From IMG/VR virus record IMGVR_UViG_3300025502_001322, positions 64,001 through 128,000 of that record: a stretch of 64,000 bases of DNA. One strand, given 5' to 3'. The stretch's first letter is position 1; every line of letters begins with the position of its first letter. The stretch comes from a virus (Duplodnaviria; Caudoviricetes). Both the position numbers and the translations under genes were made by a program. Below are positions 1 to 8,315 of the stretch, piece after piece. Below the pieces are notes generated by a model. The model had not been told where the DNA came from, made no database searches, and worked only from the letters and a program-made list of their open reading frames with translations.

Positions 1-597
1 TCTCCATTGGTACATTCTTAGGTCTTCTGTGTCTGTCGTAACTACCGCTTCTAGAAACTCTGCAGGTAAACTATGCTTGTTAAGGTAGGCAGCCTGATCT
101 GGTACACCGCCTAAAAAGTTATAAGTTTCCCAACTATGTACCTCAATAGAAACATCATTGGGAATAAAAACGCAATCTGACTTTGCAAAGTTTTTAGCAC
201 ACCACCATGTAGTTAGAATCCCTTCATCTATACCTGCACCGCCTAGTGTTTCCGAAATTACGACATCTATAGAGTCAGGGTCTATCAGCTGTTCCACCTC
301 ATCAGTCCAAAAATTTGTATTAATTACAGTGTACCTATCACTATCGAAACATTTGCTTAAGACTCCATGTAGGATAGGCGAGATTCCTGGATCAGACTCA
401 ACAGCATATACGTGTTTGGCGCCTGCTTGAAGCGCATAATATGTGAGTAGCCCAGATCCCGCACCTACATCTAAGACCACCTTATTGGGACAATTCTGCT
501 CAATACGGTGCTTAAACCACTCGTTACGAGATCGATCGTTAAGCATTTCAGCGTGTTGCACTAGTGTATTTGATTGTACTGGATATCGATCAGACAT
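1..597 (-). CDS. SAM-dependent methyltransferase, protein-arginine-methyltransferase (PRMT)-like; runs off the left edge
   Basis: Hand-translated, absent from the ORF track: MSDRYPVQSNTLVQHAEMLNDRSRNEWFKHRIEQNCPNKVVLDVGAGSGLLTYYALQAGAKHVYAVE...DVVISETLGGAGIDEGIL...VFIP. Shows H-x-x-ML-x-D-x-x-R, motif I, post-I and a double-E-loop-like segment. Frame is open to position 1. Confidence 0.8.
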   Translation of the reverse strand, partial: MSDRYPVQSNTLVQHAEMLNDRSRNEWFKHRIEQNCPNKVVLDVGAGSGLLTYYALQAGAKHVYAVESDPGISPILHGVLSKCFDSDRYTVINTNFWTDEVEQLIDPDSIDVVISETLGGAGIDEGILTTWWCAKNFAKSDCVFIPNDVSIEVHSWETYNFLGGVPDQAAYLNKHSLPAEFLEAVVTTDTEDLRMYQWR

Positions 598-611
598 ATA
601 CTTATATTTAA

Positions 612-619
612 TATAAATA
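612..619 (+). promoter_or_regulatory. T4-type late promoter TATAAATA
   Basis: Exact TATAAATA about 22 nt upstream of the ATG at 642. Confidence 0.5.
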
Positions 620-641
620 CAGTACACCACAAGGAATTAAT

Positions 642-965
642 ATGGCTCGCATTATTATTCTTATATGTGCTATGTTATATTCGGTATCAGCATATAGCGA
701 AGAACTACCTAGATTACAAATTAATAAACTTATTCCACTAGAGAAATGTGTGTATAAAGCAAAACTAGCGGCTGCCGCTTCCTGGTTGCGCATTACAAAA
801 AAAGCTACCGATTGCAACAGTATTAAGATACATTGGCACGGAGACGAAACAGAATACGAAATAGACTTTATTAAAGAGTGGTCCTGTGTTGGCTTTCGAT
901 TCGACAAAGATCCGATTAAAACTGGTGATACTGTCTATCTAGATTGTATTAAAAAGTTACCGTGA
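642..965 (+). CDS. Hypothetical protein with N-terminal signal-like hydrophobic stretch
   Basis: 107 aa ORF with AAGGA RBS; overlaps the next gene (GTGA). Confidence 0.6.
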   Translation: MARIIILICAMLYSVSAYSEELPRLQINKLIPLEKCVYKAKLAAAASWLRITKKATDCNSIKIHWHGDETEYEIDFIKEWSCVGFRFDKDPIKTGDTVYLDCIKKLP

Positions 966-1474
966 GACACAGTTTCTCATGGACCATGAGAAACATACTA
1001 ACAATTATTTGTGCTGTATTATCTTTGTCAGCCAGCGCACAGAACAATGGCACAATCGACTACAATTATGTAGACTTGCTATTAAAACATATAAATGTTA
1101 GCTCTGATTTAGGCATACCCAAAAAAGGTACTCCAGAATATCCTACAGTAGTGTTTGTTCCAGCCGAGGAAGTATATAAGTTAGTATGCCATAACAGTTT
1201 AAAGTGTACTGCTGTGGCAGCCGCTAAATGGAACCTAGTACTGTTAACCAAGTACGTGGACTTAGATACCCCAGAAGGAGATTCTATTTTATATCATGAA
1301 CTAGTGCATGTGGCACAGTGGTATACAAAAGGCACAGCCAAAACCTGCAAAGAATGGTCAGACAACGAAATACAAGCATATCTACTGCAACACAAATATT
1401 CACAGTCTAAAGGTCATGACATGGACGTGATATATAAATGGATACAGACTATACGTAAGCGTTGCAATTATTAG
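962..1474 (+). CDS. Exported-type protein with HExxH zincin-like motif
   Basis: Signal-like N-terminus; ILYHELVHVAQWY; several Cys. Confidence 0.55.
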   Translation: MRHSFSWTMRNILTIICAVLSLSASAQNNGTIDYNYVDLLLKHINVSSDLGIPKKGTPEYPTVVFVPAEEVYKLVCHNSLKCTAVAAAKWNLVLLTKYVDLDTPEGDSILYHELVHVAQWYTKGTAKTCKEWSDNEIQAYLLQHKYSQSKGHDMDVIYKWIQTIRKRCNY

Positions 1475-1518
1475 TTTTTTAGTGTATAATCCAAGCATAA
1501 ATTAACAAAGGAAAACAA

Positions 1519-2250
1519 GTGTATAAGGAACAAGTTACTTGGGTCCACCATTGGGGCGACAAAACATTTAGTTTTCGCACAACCAGAAATCAATCATTTA
1601 GATTCAATGCTGGCGAGTTTGCTATGATTGGATTGGAAGCAGATGGAAAGAAAATACTACGTGCGTACAGTATTGCCAGCGCACCATGGGAAGAACACTT
1701 GGAGTGGTTAAGTGTAAAAGTACAAGACGGTGAACTGACCGGCAAACTGCAACATCTTAAAGAAGGTGACGAGGTTATCATCATGCCCAAGTGTGTGGGC
1801 ACATTACGCAACGAAGCATTTACAGACGGTGACACGCTCTGGATGATGGCAACAGGCACTGGTCTGGCGCCTTTTATGAGCCTGATACGTGATGTGGACA
1901 CACTAGAACGTTGGAGTAAAATTATACTTGTTCACAGTGTGCGTAACAGAGAAGAACTTGCATACAAGCACGAACTAACTCGCAAGTTTGTGGGCACAGA
2001 ACTATTTGATCTAATGCATAATACCTTAGAATATGTACCTATCGTAACAGGTGAAGGCGGTGACCGCATTACCACACAGTTAGAATCAGGCAGCCTAGCA
2101 GTAAACACTGATTCAGACAAAATTATGATATGTGGTAACATGACATTTAATGAAGACGTTATGGCTTGGTGCGAAAGTAAAGACATGCGAGAAGGTACTT
2201 TACGTACACCTGGCGATTATGTGTTTGAAAGAGCATTCGTAGAAAAATAA
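1519..2250 (+). CDS. fpr: Ferredoxin/flavodoxin-NADP+ reductase
   Basis: RAYSIAS FAD motif, GELT, MATGTGLAPF NADP motif, MICG and terminal FERAFVEK, typical of bacterial Fpr. Confidence 0.93.
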   Translation: MYKEQVTWVHHWGDKTFSFRTTRNQSFRFNAGEFAMIGLEADGKKILRAYSIASAPWEEHLEWLSVKVQDGELTGKLQHLKEGDEVIIMPKCVGTLRNEAFTDGDTLWMMATGTGLAPFMSLIRDVDTLERWSKIILVHSVRNREELAYKHELTRKFVGTELFDLMHNTLEYVPIVTGEGGDRITTQLESGSLAVNTDSDKIMICGNMTFNEDVMAWCESKDMREGTLRTPGDYVFERAFVEK

Positions 2251-2322
2251 GCGGATATCGTATAATGGTTATTACGTGGCGTTGCCAACGCTACAATGTG
2301 AGTTCGATTCTCACTATCCGCT
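2251..2322 (+). tRNA. tRNA-Gly (GCC)
   Basis: Acceptor GCGGATA/TATCCGC, anticodon loop TTGCCAA, T arm GTGAG-TTCGATT-CTCAC; CCA not encoded. Confidence 0.9.
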
Positions 2323-2328
2323 CAAAAC

Positions 2329-2364
2329 GGAAGTAGGTGTTATACTGTATCGAGGGTTCGAATC
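2329..2364 (+). pseudogene. Possible remnant of the 3' half of a tRNA-Ser
   Basis: GGAAGTA...CTGTATCGAGGGTTCGAATC resembles the variable arm and T arm of tRNA-Ser(GCU); no acceptor stem or D arm. Confidence 0.3.
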
Positions 2365-2381
2365 ATTAGATAAATATTCAT

Positions 2382-3890
2382 ATGTATGACGCAGTTTTTC
2401 TCACCGACCATGATGATGTAACCGATGTCAGTATCATAACATTAGGTCCATATAAATGCGCACACGTCTTACGCAAACTAGGTTACAAATGTCTTGTTGT
2501 AACCAACACGGTGAATTTCACCGAAGAAGATTTTAAAGAATTATTTTTTTACGCTATAGGACATAATACAAAGTTAGTGGGGTTCAGCACAACTTTCCAA
2601 TGGGTCAGTGAAGATGGTCTTGCGTCAGGTGAAAAGAGCAGAGAAGAACTAATTCTCATTGAGATAAAGAAATATAACAAAGACACGAAGATTGTTTTAG
2701 GAGGATCAAAATCACACAGAGAGTGCGCTAATAAAAATGTAGATTTTGCTGTAGTAGGACTAGGTGAGACAAGTATAGTTCATATTATGAATCACCTAGA
2801 TCATGGGCAACCACTAAAAGACAGTTTTGTAAACATACATGGCGTCACTATTGTTGACAGTCAAAATAAAGAAACATATGATTTTATGTCTGATGTGATG
2901 CATTGGTTGCCGGAGGATGTAGTTAATTATAGAACACTACCTATTGAAATGGCCAGGGGGTGTATATTCAAATGTAAATTTTGTTTTCACAGAAATTTAG
3001 GCAAAAAGAAGTTAGAGTACGTTAAAAAGTTTGATGCTCTCAAACAAGAACTGCATCAAGCATACAAGGACTTTAATATCACTCATTATCAGATAGTAGA
3101 CGACACATTTAATGATGATGTAGACAAACTTGAACAGATTAGGAAAGTAACAGACACATTACCAGAACAACTCCGTCTCTGGTGTTATATGAGATTAGAC
3201 CTACTAGGCCGCAATCCACAAAGCATACCTATACTAAAGGATATGGGGGTTAGAGCTACAATATTCGGAATAGAGACCATGCATCCTAAAGCGGCTTCTG
3301 TTATAGGCAAAGGTGGTAGCAGACAGCGAGTAATAGACACTTTGCAGATGTTACGTACAGACTTCTCTGACTTATCAATGCATAGTGGTTTTATTGCGGG
3401 ACTGCCTTATGAACCTGTATCATCTTTAGAACGTACTTTAGAAGATTTAATATCTGGTAAAATACCGTTACATAGTTGGAACTGGATGGCATTTGTAATA
3501 CAAAAGTCAGGAATATATCAGGCAGACAGTACTTTTAACCTAGAGTATGAGAAATACGGCTATAGGAATAGAGGTTATGTTTGGGCAGATAAAAAGACAA
3601 TTAACCAAGTAGCCAACAATGCACTAGTTAACTGGGAAAGAGACGACTGGAATTTTGAAGATGCCTGGAAATGGACAACCCAAAAAGAATTTGAGAGTGT
3701 AAATTGTGGAACATACCACTACGACGGACTATTAGCCGTTGGCACACACACTTTCCCAGCCCCTAAGTTGGACTTTGACCTCATGCGTAAAACACTATAT
3801 CAGGATGTTGATTTTTCACTGATACGTCGTGCCAAAATGCAATTTATTCAAGACTATAAGAAAAAATTATTCAAATTAATAAAAACTTAA
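2382..3890 (+). CDS. Cobalamin-binding (class B-like) radical SAM protein 1
   Basis: N-terminal B12-binding-like domain (GPYKCAHVLR...VGFST...IVLGG...GLGE), then EMARGCIFKCKFC (CxxxCxxC), DDTFN, FGIET. Confidence 0.85.
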   Translation: MYDAVFLTDHDDVTDVSIITLGPYKCAHVLRKLGYKCLVVTNTVNFTEEDFKELFFYAIGHNTKLVGFSTTFQWVSEDGLASGEKSREELILIEIKKYNKDTKIVLGGSKSHRECANKNVDFAVVGLGETSIVHIMNHLDHGQPLKDSFVNIHGVTIVDSQNKETYDFMSDVMHWLPEDVVNYRTLPIEMARGCIFKCKFCFHRNLGKKKLEYVKKFDALKQELHQAYKDFNITHYQIVDDTFNDDVDKLEQIRKVTDTLPEQLRLWCYMRLDLLGRNPQSIPILKDMGVRATIFGIETMHPKAASVIGKGGSRQRVIDTLQMLRTDFSDLSMHSGFIAGLPYEPVSSLERTLEDLISGKIPLHSWNWMAFVIQKSGIYQADSTFNLEYEKYGYRNRGYVWADKKTINQVANNALVNWERDDWNFEDAWKWTTQKEFESVNCGTYHYDGLLAVGTHTFPAPKLDFDLMRKTLYQDVDFSLIRRAKMQFIQDYKKKLFKLIKT

Positions 3891-3987
3891 AGGTACGAAT
3901 GTAATTTTCTTAGTAATGAAAAAAGGTTAATAAATCTTGGTAAAAAGATTGCAAAAGAGTTCAATTTCAGTTATATTTTATGGTTAC

Positions 3988-4077
3988 GGAGAGTTGGCTG
4001 AGTGGCTAAAGGCAACGGTTTACTAAACCGTCATACGTGAATACGTGTCGTGGGTTCGAATCCCACACTCTCCGCCA
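3988..4077 (+). tRNA. tRNA-Ser with anticodon ACT (A34), long variable arm, CCA encoded
   Basis: Acceptor GGAGAGT/ACTCTCC, G73, stem ACGGT-[TTACTAA]-ACCGT, T arm GTGGG-TTCGAAT-CCCAC. Confidence 0.88.
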
Positions 4078-4083
4078 GACCAC

Positions 4084-4112
4084 TTGACAAGAAAGTTTTA
4101 CGGCACTACAAT
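4084..4112 (+). promoter_or_regulatory. Sigma70-type promoter
   Basis: TTGACA-17 nt-TACAAT upstream of the AdoMetDC gene. Confidence 0.65.
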
Positions 4113-4161
4113 AAATAACATCTATAATCTATTAGAAATAAATAACATCTATAATCTATTA
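4110..4161 (+). repeat. Perfect 25-nt direct repeat containing a late-promoter-like AATAAATA
   Basis: AATAAATAACATCTATAATCTATTA at 4110-4134 and 4137-4161. Confidence 0.9.
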
Positions 4162-4177
4162 AAGGAGAAAAAATTAG

Positions 4178-4540
4178 ATGGCATACTGGGGATATCACGC
4201 AATGTTTGATTGCGCCGCATGTGACAAAGAACTTGTTATGAGCAAAGAAAATGTTTATAACTTTATTAAAGAATTAGTTCCAGCAATTGGTATGAAGGCA
4301 TTTGGTGAACCAATGATCGAGCATTTTGCTACGCATGCCCCTGATAAGGCAGGTCTTAGTTGTTGCCAAATGATTGAGACCAGTAATATTTGCGGACACT
4401 TTGTAGATAGCAATGGTGATGCTTATATTGATATTTTTTCGTGTAAGCCAGTTGATATTGGTGTAGCACAAGATGTTATTGAAAAGTTTTTTAAGCCTAC
4501 AAAAACTCGTGTTAATTTCTTAACACGTAGCGCAGGATAA
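4178..4540 (+). CDS. speD: S-adenosylmethionine decarboxylase (class 1b) family proenzyme, paralogue 1
   Basis: WGYH...IETSNICGHF (pyruvoyl-forming Ser region)...YIDIFSCK; 120 aa. Actual substrate uncertain. Confidence 0.85.
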   Translation: MAYWGYHAMFDCAACDKELVMSKENVYNFIKELVPAIGMKAFGEPMIEHFATHAPDKAGLSCCQMIETSNICGHFVDSNGDAYIDIFSCKPVDIGVAQDVIEKFFKPTKTRVNFLTRSAG

Positions 4541-4552
4541 ATTGGAGATAGT

Positions 4553-4708
4553 ATGACAGTTAAAAAGAAGAACAGCCCATTAGCATATGAATCAGGCAAT
4601 CCAAGACTTGGTCCAATGAGTACTGAAGCATTACAAGACCTACTAGGTAAATGTAGACCAAGACACAAGAACAAAATTTCACACGAGTTAGCAAAACGTA
4701 GTAAATAG
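4553..4708 (+). CDS. Small basic hypothetical protein (51 aa)
   Basis: Hand-translated MTVKKKNSPLAYESGNPRLGPMSTEALQDLLGKCRPRHKNKISHELAKRSK; GGAG RBS. Confidence 0.6.
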   Translation: MTVKKKNSPLAYESGNPRLGPMSTEALQDLLGKCRPRHKNKISHELAKRSK

Positions 4709-4714
4709 ATGCGT

Positions 4715-4788
4715 GCCCGGTTAGTTAAATGGTATAACGATGGTTTTGTAAACCTTAATTGGCAGTTCAATTCTGTCACTGGGCACCA
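4715..4788 (+). tRNA. tRNA-Thr (TGT)
   Basis: Acceptor GCCCGGT/ACTGGGC, loop TTTGTAA, T arm with TTCAATT, ACCA end. Confidence 0.88.
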
Positions 4789-4809
4789 TTTTTCAATTAT
4801 AGGTACAAT

Positions 4810-5232
4810 ATGAAAAAACTTATAGCGACAGTACTAATTTTAATATCACCGTTTGTGTTTGCACGTCGTGAATATATTGATGATCCTGCACTGCATGTAC
4901 ATGAACCAACAGAAACTCTACGCTTCATGCCCCAAGAAATTGATAAAGTTTTAGGTAGGCCTGACATATTTGAGGCATATTGGGAAATTAACGGTCCGTA
5001 CATAAACAACAATAAAGTTCACATGCGTAGAATGTTGTTCTTTGTGGACTGTTCACCAGAAAACTTCCCTGAAACTAAACCAGTGCATGTAGCTCTAAGC
5101 ACGATTGCGCTAGGTGGAGAGCAAGGTCATATGATTAAGATTATCTTAGTCCCACCCGGCACTGAAGAGTGGATGGATTGGTCTGAAGTAAGTTTTATTA
5201 AACAAGAAGATATTTCAAAGATATGTAAATGA
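4810..5232 (+). CDS. Hypothetical exported-type protein
   Basis: MKKLIATVLILISPFVFA signal-like start; start chosen at 4810 because the longer ORF overlaps the tRNA. Confidence 0.6.
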   Translation: MKKLIATVLILISPFVFARREYIDDPALHVHEPTETLRFMPQEIDKVLGRPDIFEAYWEINGPYINNNKVHMRRMLFFVDCSPENFPETKPVHVALSTIALGGEQGHMIKIILVPPGTEEWMDWSEVSFIKQEDISKICK

Positions 5233-5271
5233 AGTTCGAGTCTCGTCCGTTCCGCCAAGTAAGTATATAAT

Positions 5272-6945
5272 ATGTTTAATAATGACAAGCCCAACGTAAT
5301 ACTACTTTCTGATTTTGGCAATCAACTATACCTAGAGAAAACAATAGGCCCATATAAGATTGCACAACAGTTACGTAGTGCTGGCTTTGAAGTCGCAGTT
5401 GTTCATCACCTGATGACGTTTACTTTGACTGAAGTTAAACATATTCTTACACACCTAATATCAGACAAAACACTGTTTGTAGGTGTTAACAACTTCTTCT
5501 ACAAAAAAATTGTTAATTACGAAACAATAGAGTTACAGTACCCAGATCCTCATGCTATTATCCCGCACGGCAGTGAGTTTAACGCAGAGATAAAACAGCT
5601 GATACTAGAATGCAATCCCAATTGTAAACTAGTACTTGGTGGACCTAACGCCTGTGACATTCCTATATATAGTGACTATGATTATATAATACTGGGGTAT
5701 GCTGAAATGTCTATAATTAATCTTGCTAAACACCTTGAGAACCCAGTAATATATTTAGATAAAGCACGGGTAAGCAAACATGGTTTTACAGTTATCGACG
5801 ACAGCAAAGCACCCACATACGACTTTGTTAACCATGTTATGCACTACGAAGATCATGATGCAATTATTGATTATGAAACGCTGGTAGTTGAAATTGCACG
5901 TGGTTGTATCTTTCAGTGTAAGTTTTGTAGTTATCCACTTAATGGCAAAAAGAAACTGGACTTTATTAGAACTGAAGAAAGTTTATATCGAGAGTTCATG
6001 GACAATTATGAACGTTTTGGTATAACCAATTATACAATTAGTGATGATACCTTAAACGACAGCGTAGAGAAATGTGAAATGCTGGCTAACCTTACAGAAC
6101 GGTTACCGTTCCAGCCGATGTATAGTGCCGCAGTAAGATTAGATCTCATGACCAAACACAGGGACACGATTGACATGCTGTGGCAAGCAGGGTTGCGATC
6201 AGCGTTCTTTGGTATAGAGAGTATGCATAGTGAAGCGGCTAAGTTTGTGGGCAAGGGAGGTTCCAGAGAACGCCTAATAGAAACATTAAAATACATACGC
6301 AACACTTATGGCGGTGAGTTAAATCAGACAGGTGGGTTTATTTTAGGTTTGCCCAAAGAACCATTAAGCAGTATGCGTGAAACTATAGATTGGCTGTTGA
6401 GTGACGATAACCCACTAGATATATGGCAAATGTTTCCCTTAATGATCAGAGATATGAGTCTTGTACAAGGTGGAAACGGATTTGTTAGCGACTTTGATAA
6501 AAACTGGAAACTGTACGGATACGAAGACACCGGTATTAAAACTAGCAAATACTATATGCATGGTTATATTCCTTGGCGTAATGAATTTACAGATTTTAAT
6601 GAAGTCAGTGACATGGTAGACGATGCAGAGTCTACACGCCGTCTTCACAAGGACACGTCTAGTAATGCAGGTAGACACGTACTTTTACTAGCCAGTTTGG
6701 TTGCTAAAGAGAGTGCTATTATTGCTCAGACGGATTATCTTAACATCAACTGGGACCAACTAAACACCCTTAAACTAGAAAAGAGTCTTAAATACAAAGA
6801 CATGTTATTCAAACAGTGTAATATACCCAACATTGACAGGGCAGGCACATATAGAACTTTTACTGAGGTTATACAATCTAAAGAATACCGCAGAAATCAC
6901 TTACTACTTCCGACTCATCCTTGGTATTCAAACGTGTTTGTCTAA
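5272..6945 (+). CDS. Cobalamin-binding (class B-like) radical SAM protein 2
   Basis: GPYKIAQQLR...LVLGGP...GYAE; EIARGCIFQCKFC; DDTLN; FFGIES; clear paralogue of 2382-3890. Confidence 0.85.
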   Translation: MFNNDKPNVILLSDFGNQLYLEKTIGPYKIAQQLRSAGFEVAVVHHLMTFTLTEVKHILTHLISDKTLFVGVNNFFYKKIVNYETIELQYPDPHAIIPHGSEFNAEIKQLILECNPNCKLVLGGPNACDIPIYSDYDYIILGYAEMSIINLAKHLENPVIYLDKARVSKHGFTVIDDSKAPTYDFVNHVMHYEDHDAIIDYETLVVEIARGCIFQCKFCSYPLNGKKKLDFIRTEESLYREFMDNYERFGITNYTISDDTLNDSVEKCEMLANLTERLPFQPMYSAAVRLDLMTKHRDTIDMLWQAGLRSAFFGIESMHSEAAKFVGKGGSRERLIETLKYIRNTYGGELNQTGGFILGLPKEPLSSMRETIDWLLSDDNPLDIWQMFPLMIRDMSLVQGGNGFVSDFDKNWKLYGYEDTGIKTSKYYMHGYIPWRNEFTDFNEVSDMVDDAESTRRLHKDTSSNAGRHVLLLASLVAKESAIIAQTDYLNINWDQLNTLKLEKSLKYKDMLFKQCNIPNIDRAGTYRTFTEVIQSKEYRRNHLLLPTHPWYSNVFV

Positions 6946-6948
6946 ATG

Positions 6949-6977
6949 TTGACAGCACCTAAGAGTTGTAGTATTAT
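6949..6977 (+). promoter_or_regulatory. Sigma70-type promoter
   Basis: TTGACA-17 nt-TATTAT. Confidence 0.6.
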
Positions 6978-7019
6978 TATTATGATTCTGAAACTTACTT
7001 ACGTTAACAAGAGGCCAAC

Positions 7020-7220
7020 ATGGCAACCAACGCTGAAATAGAAAAACTGGTAGAAATACTAAAATTCACTCCATGTACATATACGATCAGTGTCTCTGGA
7101 TACGGCAGGGAGCATACATTTGGTCATATGCCTAATCAGTCAAGTATAGTATACATGGGGAAGCACGATCTTAATTGGGAAGATGTTATGGGGATGAGCC
7201 CTGATGAATGGGATGATTAG
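7020..7220 (+). CDS. Hypothetical protein
   Basis: 66 aa ORF with GAGG RBS after the promoter. Confidence 0.55.
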   Translation: MATNAEIEKLVEILKFTPCTYTISVSGYGREHTFGHMPNQSSIVYMGKHDLNWEDVMGMSPDEWDD

Positions 7221-7575
7221 TTATAGCACAAACATGATGGGTCCTTGGCATACGAGTTGGTATACTGAAAGAGGACTTACTCACAAAGCAACTCGCACAG
7301 TGACCTCTGACATCATCAAAGGATACTCTCCTGGTGACACAATAGAGTATGATGAAATAACCACACATTATGCTGGTGGTAGAATAGATATTCGTGGCGT
7401 TCCAGATGAACCATATGGTCTCGAATATGGTCTAGCGGTGATGCACGGTGAGGATTGGAACGCATTAAGTGAATGGTTAGCTGATTTTGAATCTGAAGAG
7501 CTTGTGTCACACGACTCTCTCATAGAACAATTTGAAAATGATTATGGTAAAAAGATAAGGTGGTGGAACGACTAA
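7204..7575 (+). CDS. Hypothetical acidic protein
   Basis: 123 aa ORF; start uncertain. Confidence 0.5.
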   Translation: MNGMISYSTNMMGPWHTSWYTERGLTHKATRTVTSDIIKGYSPGDTIEYDEITTHYAGGRIDIRGVPDEPYGLEYGLAVMHGEDWNALSEWLADFESEELVSHDSLIEQFENDYGKKIRWWND

Positions 7576-7651
7576 TGAAAATTAAGTTTGATAAAGAATC
7601 TATACAACTTAGACGAATGGGTTTAATCCTAACGATACATGAGGAACAAGA

Positions 7652-7924
7652 ATGACAACTAACTTTACAAGACAGAATGACCAAACAAAACCATCAGATA
7701 GAAAAAGAAGCACAACATTAGAAGTCAAGATGGATCTAGTGTTAAGTAAACTCGACAAGATTTTAAACAACCTAGATGCAATTAATTTTACTGAATATAC
7801 TTACACTGAAGAAGAAATACAAATTATGACTACACAAAATGACTTCTGTTCCAGTACTGACCGGGACGAAGAAGCATATAATAAGTTTTTAACTGAATTA
7901 AATGACGGATATTCTCCCCAGTAA
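7652..7924 (+). CDS. Hypothetical protein
   Basis: 90 aa ORF with GAGG RBS. Confidence 0.5.
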   Translation: MTTNFTRQNDQTKPSDRKRSTTLEVKMDLVLSKLDKILNNLDAINFTEYTYTEEEIQIMTTQNDFCSSTDRDEEAYNKFLTELNDGYSPQ

Positions 7925-7932
7925 ATAACTGT

Positions 7933-8286
7933 ATGCCTTGGGGTTACCATTATCACTACGATGTTGCTGGTTGCAGTAACGTATCAGACAAAGAACATGT
8001 TACTGGTTTTATCAAAGAACTAGTTACCAGTATAGACATGACGCCACTAGGCGAACCTTTTGTGGAACACATAAATGTAGAAGGTGTAGACAGTGGTATA
8101 ACCGCAGTACAAGTTATTACAACAAGCAGTATCACAGCGCATTTTATAGACGATACAGGTGATCTTTACCTAGACGTTTTTAGTTGTAAAGAGTTTGATG
8201 TAAATAACGTTAAGGCAGTAGTAGACAAATTCTTTAAACCAAAATTATGCGCAGAATCATTCATGACCCGACAAGCACCAAGATAA
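7933..8286 (+). CDS. speD: S-adenosylmethionine decarboxylase family proenzyme, paralogue 2
   Basis: WGYH...GEP...VITTSSITAHF...YLDVFSCK; aligns with 4178-4540. Confidence 0.8.
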   Translation: MPWGYHYHYDVAGCSNVSDKEHVTGFIKELVTSIDMTPLGEPFVEHINVEGVDSGITAVQVITTSSITAHFIDDTGDLYLDVFSCKEFDVNNVKAVVDKFFKPKLCAESFMTRQAPR

Positions 8287-8315
8287 CGGGTAAAGATATC
8301 AATGAGGAGAGTTTT

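Noticed and set aside
3988-4077. Suppressor tRNA or stop-codon reassignment
   Set aside because: Anticodon is ACT, not CTA/TTA/TCA, and long ORFs end normally at TAA, TAG and TGA
4110-4161. CRISPR mini-array
   Set aside because: Only two copies with a 2-nt gap, no spacer and no cas genes
7020-7575. Split pseudogene or frameshift between the two overlapping ORFs
   Set aside because: No slippery site or homologue evidence can be shown from the sequence alone
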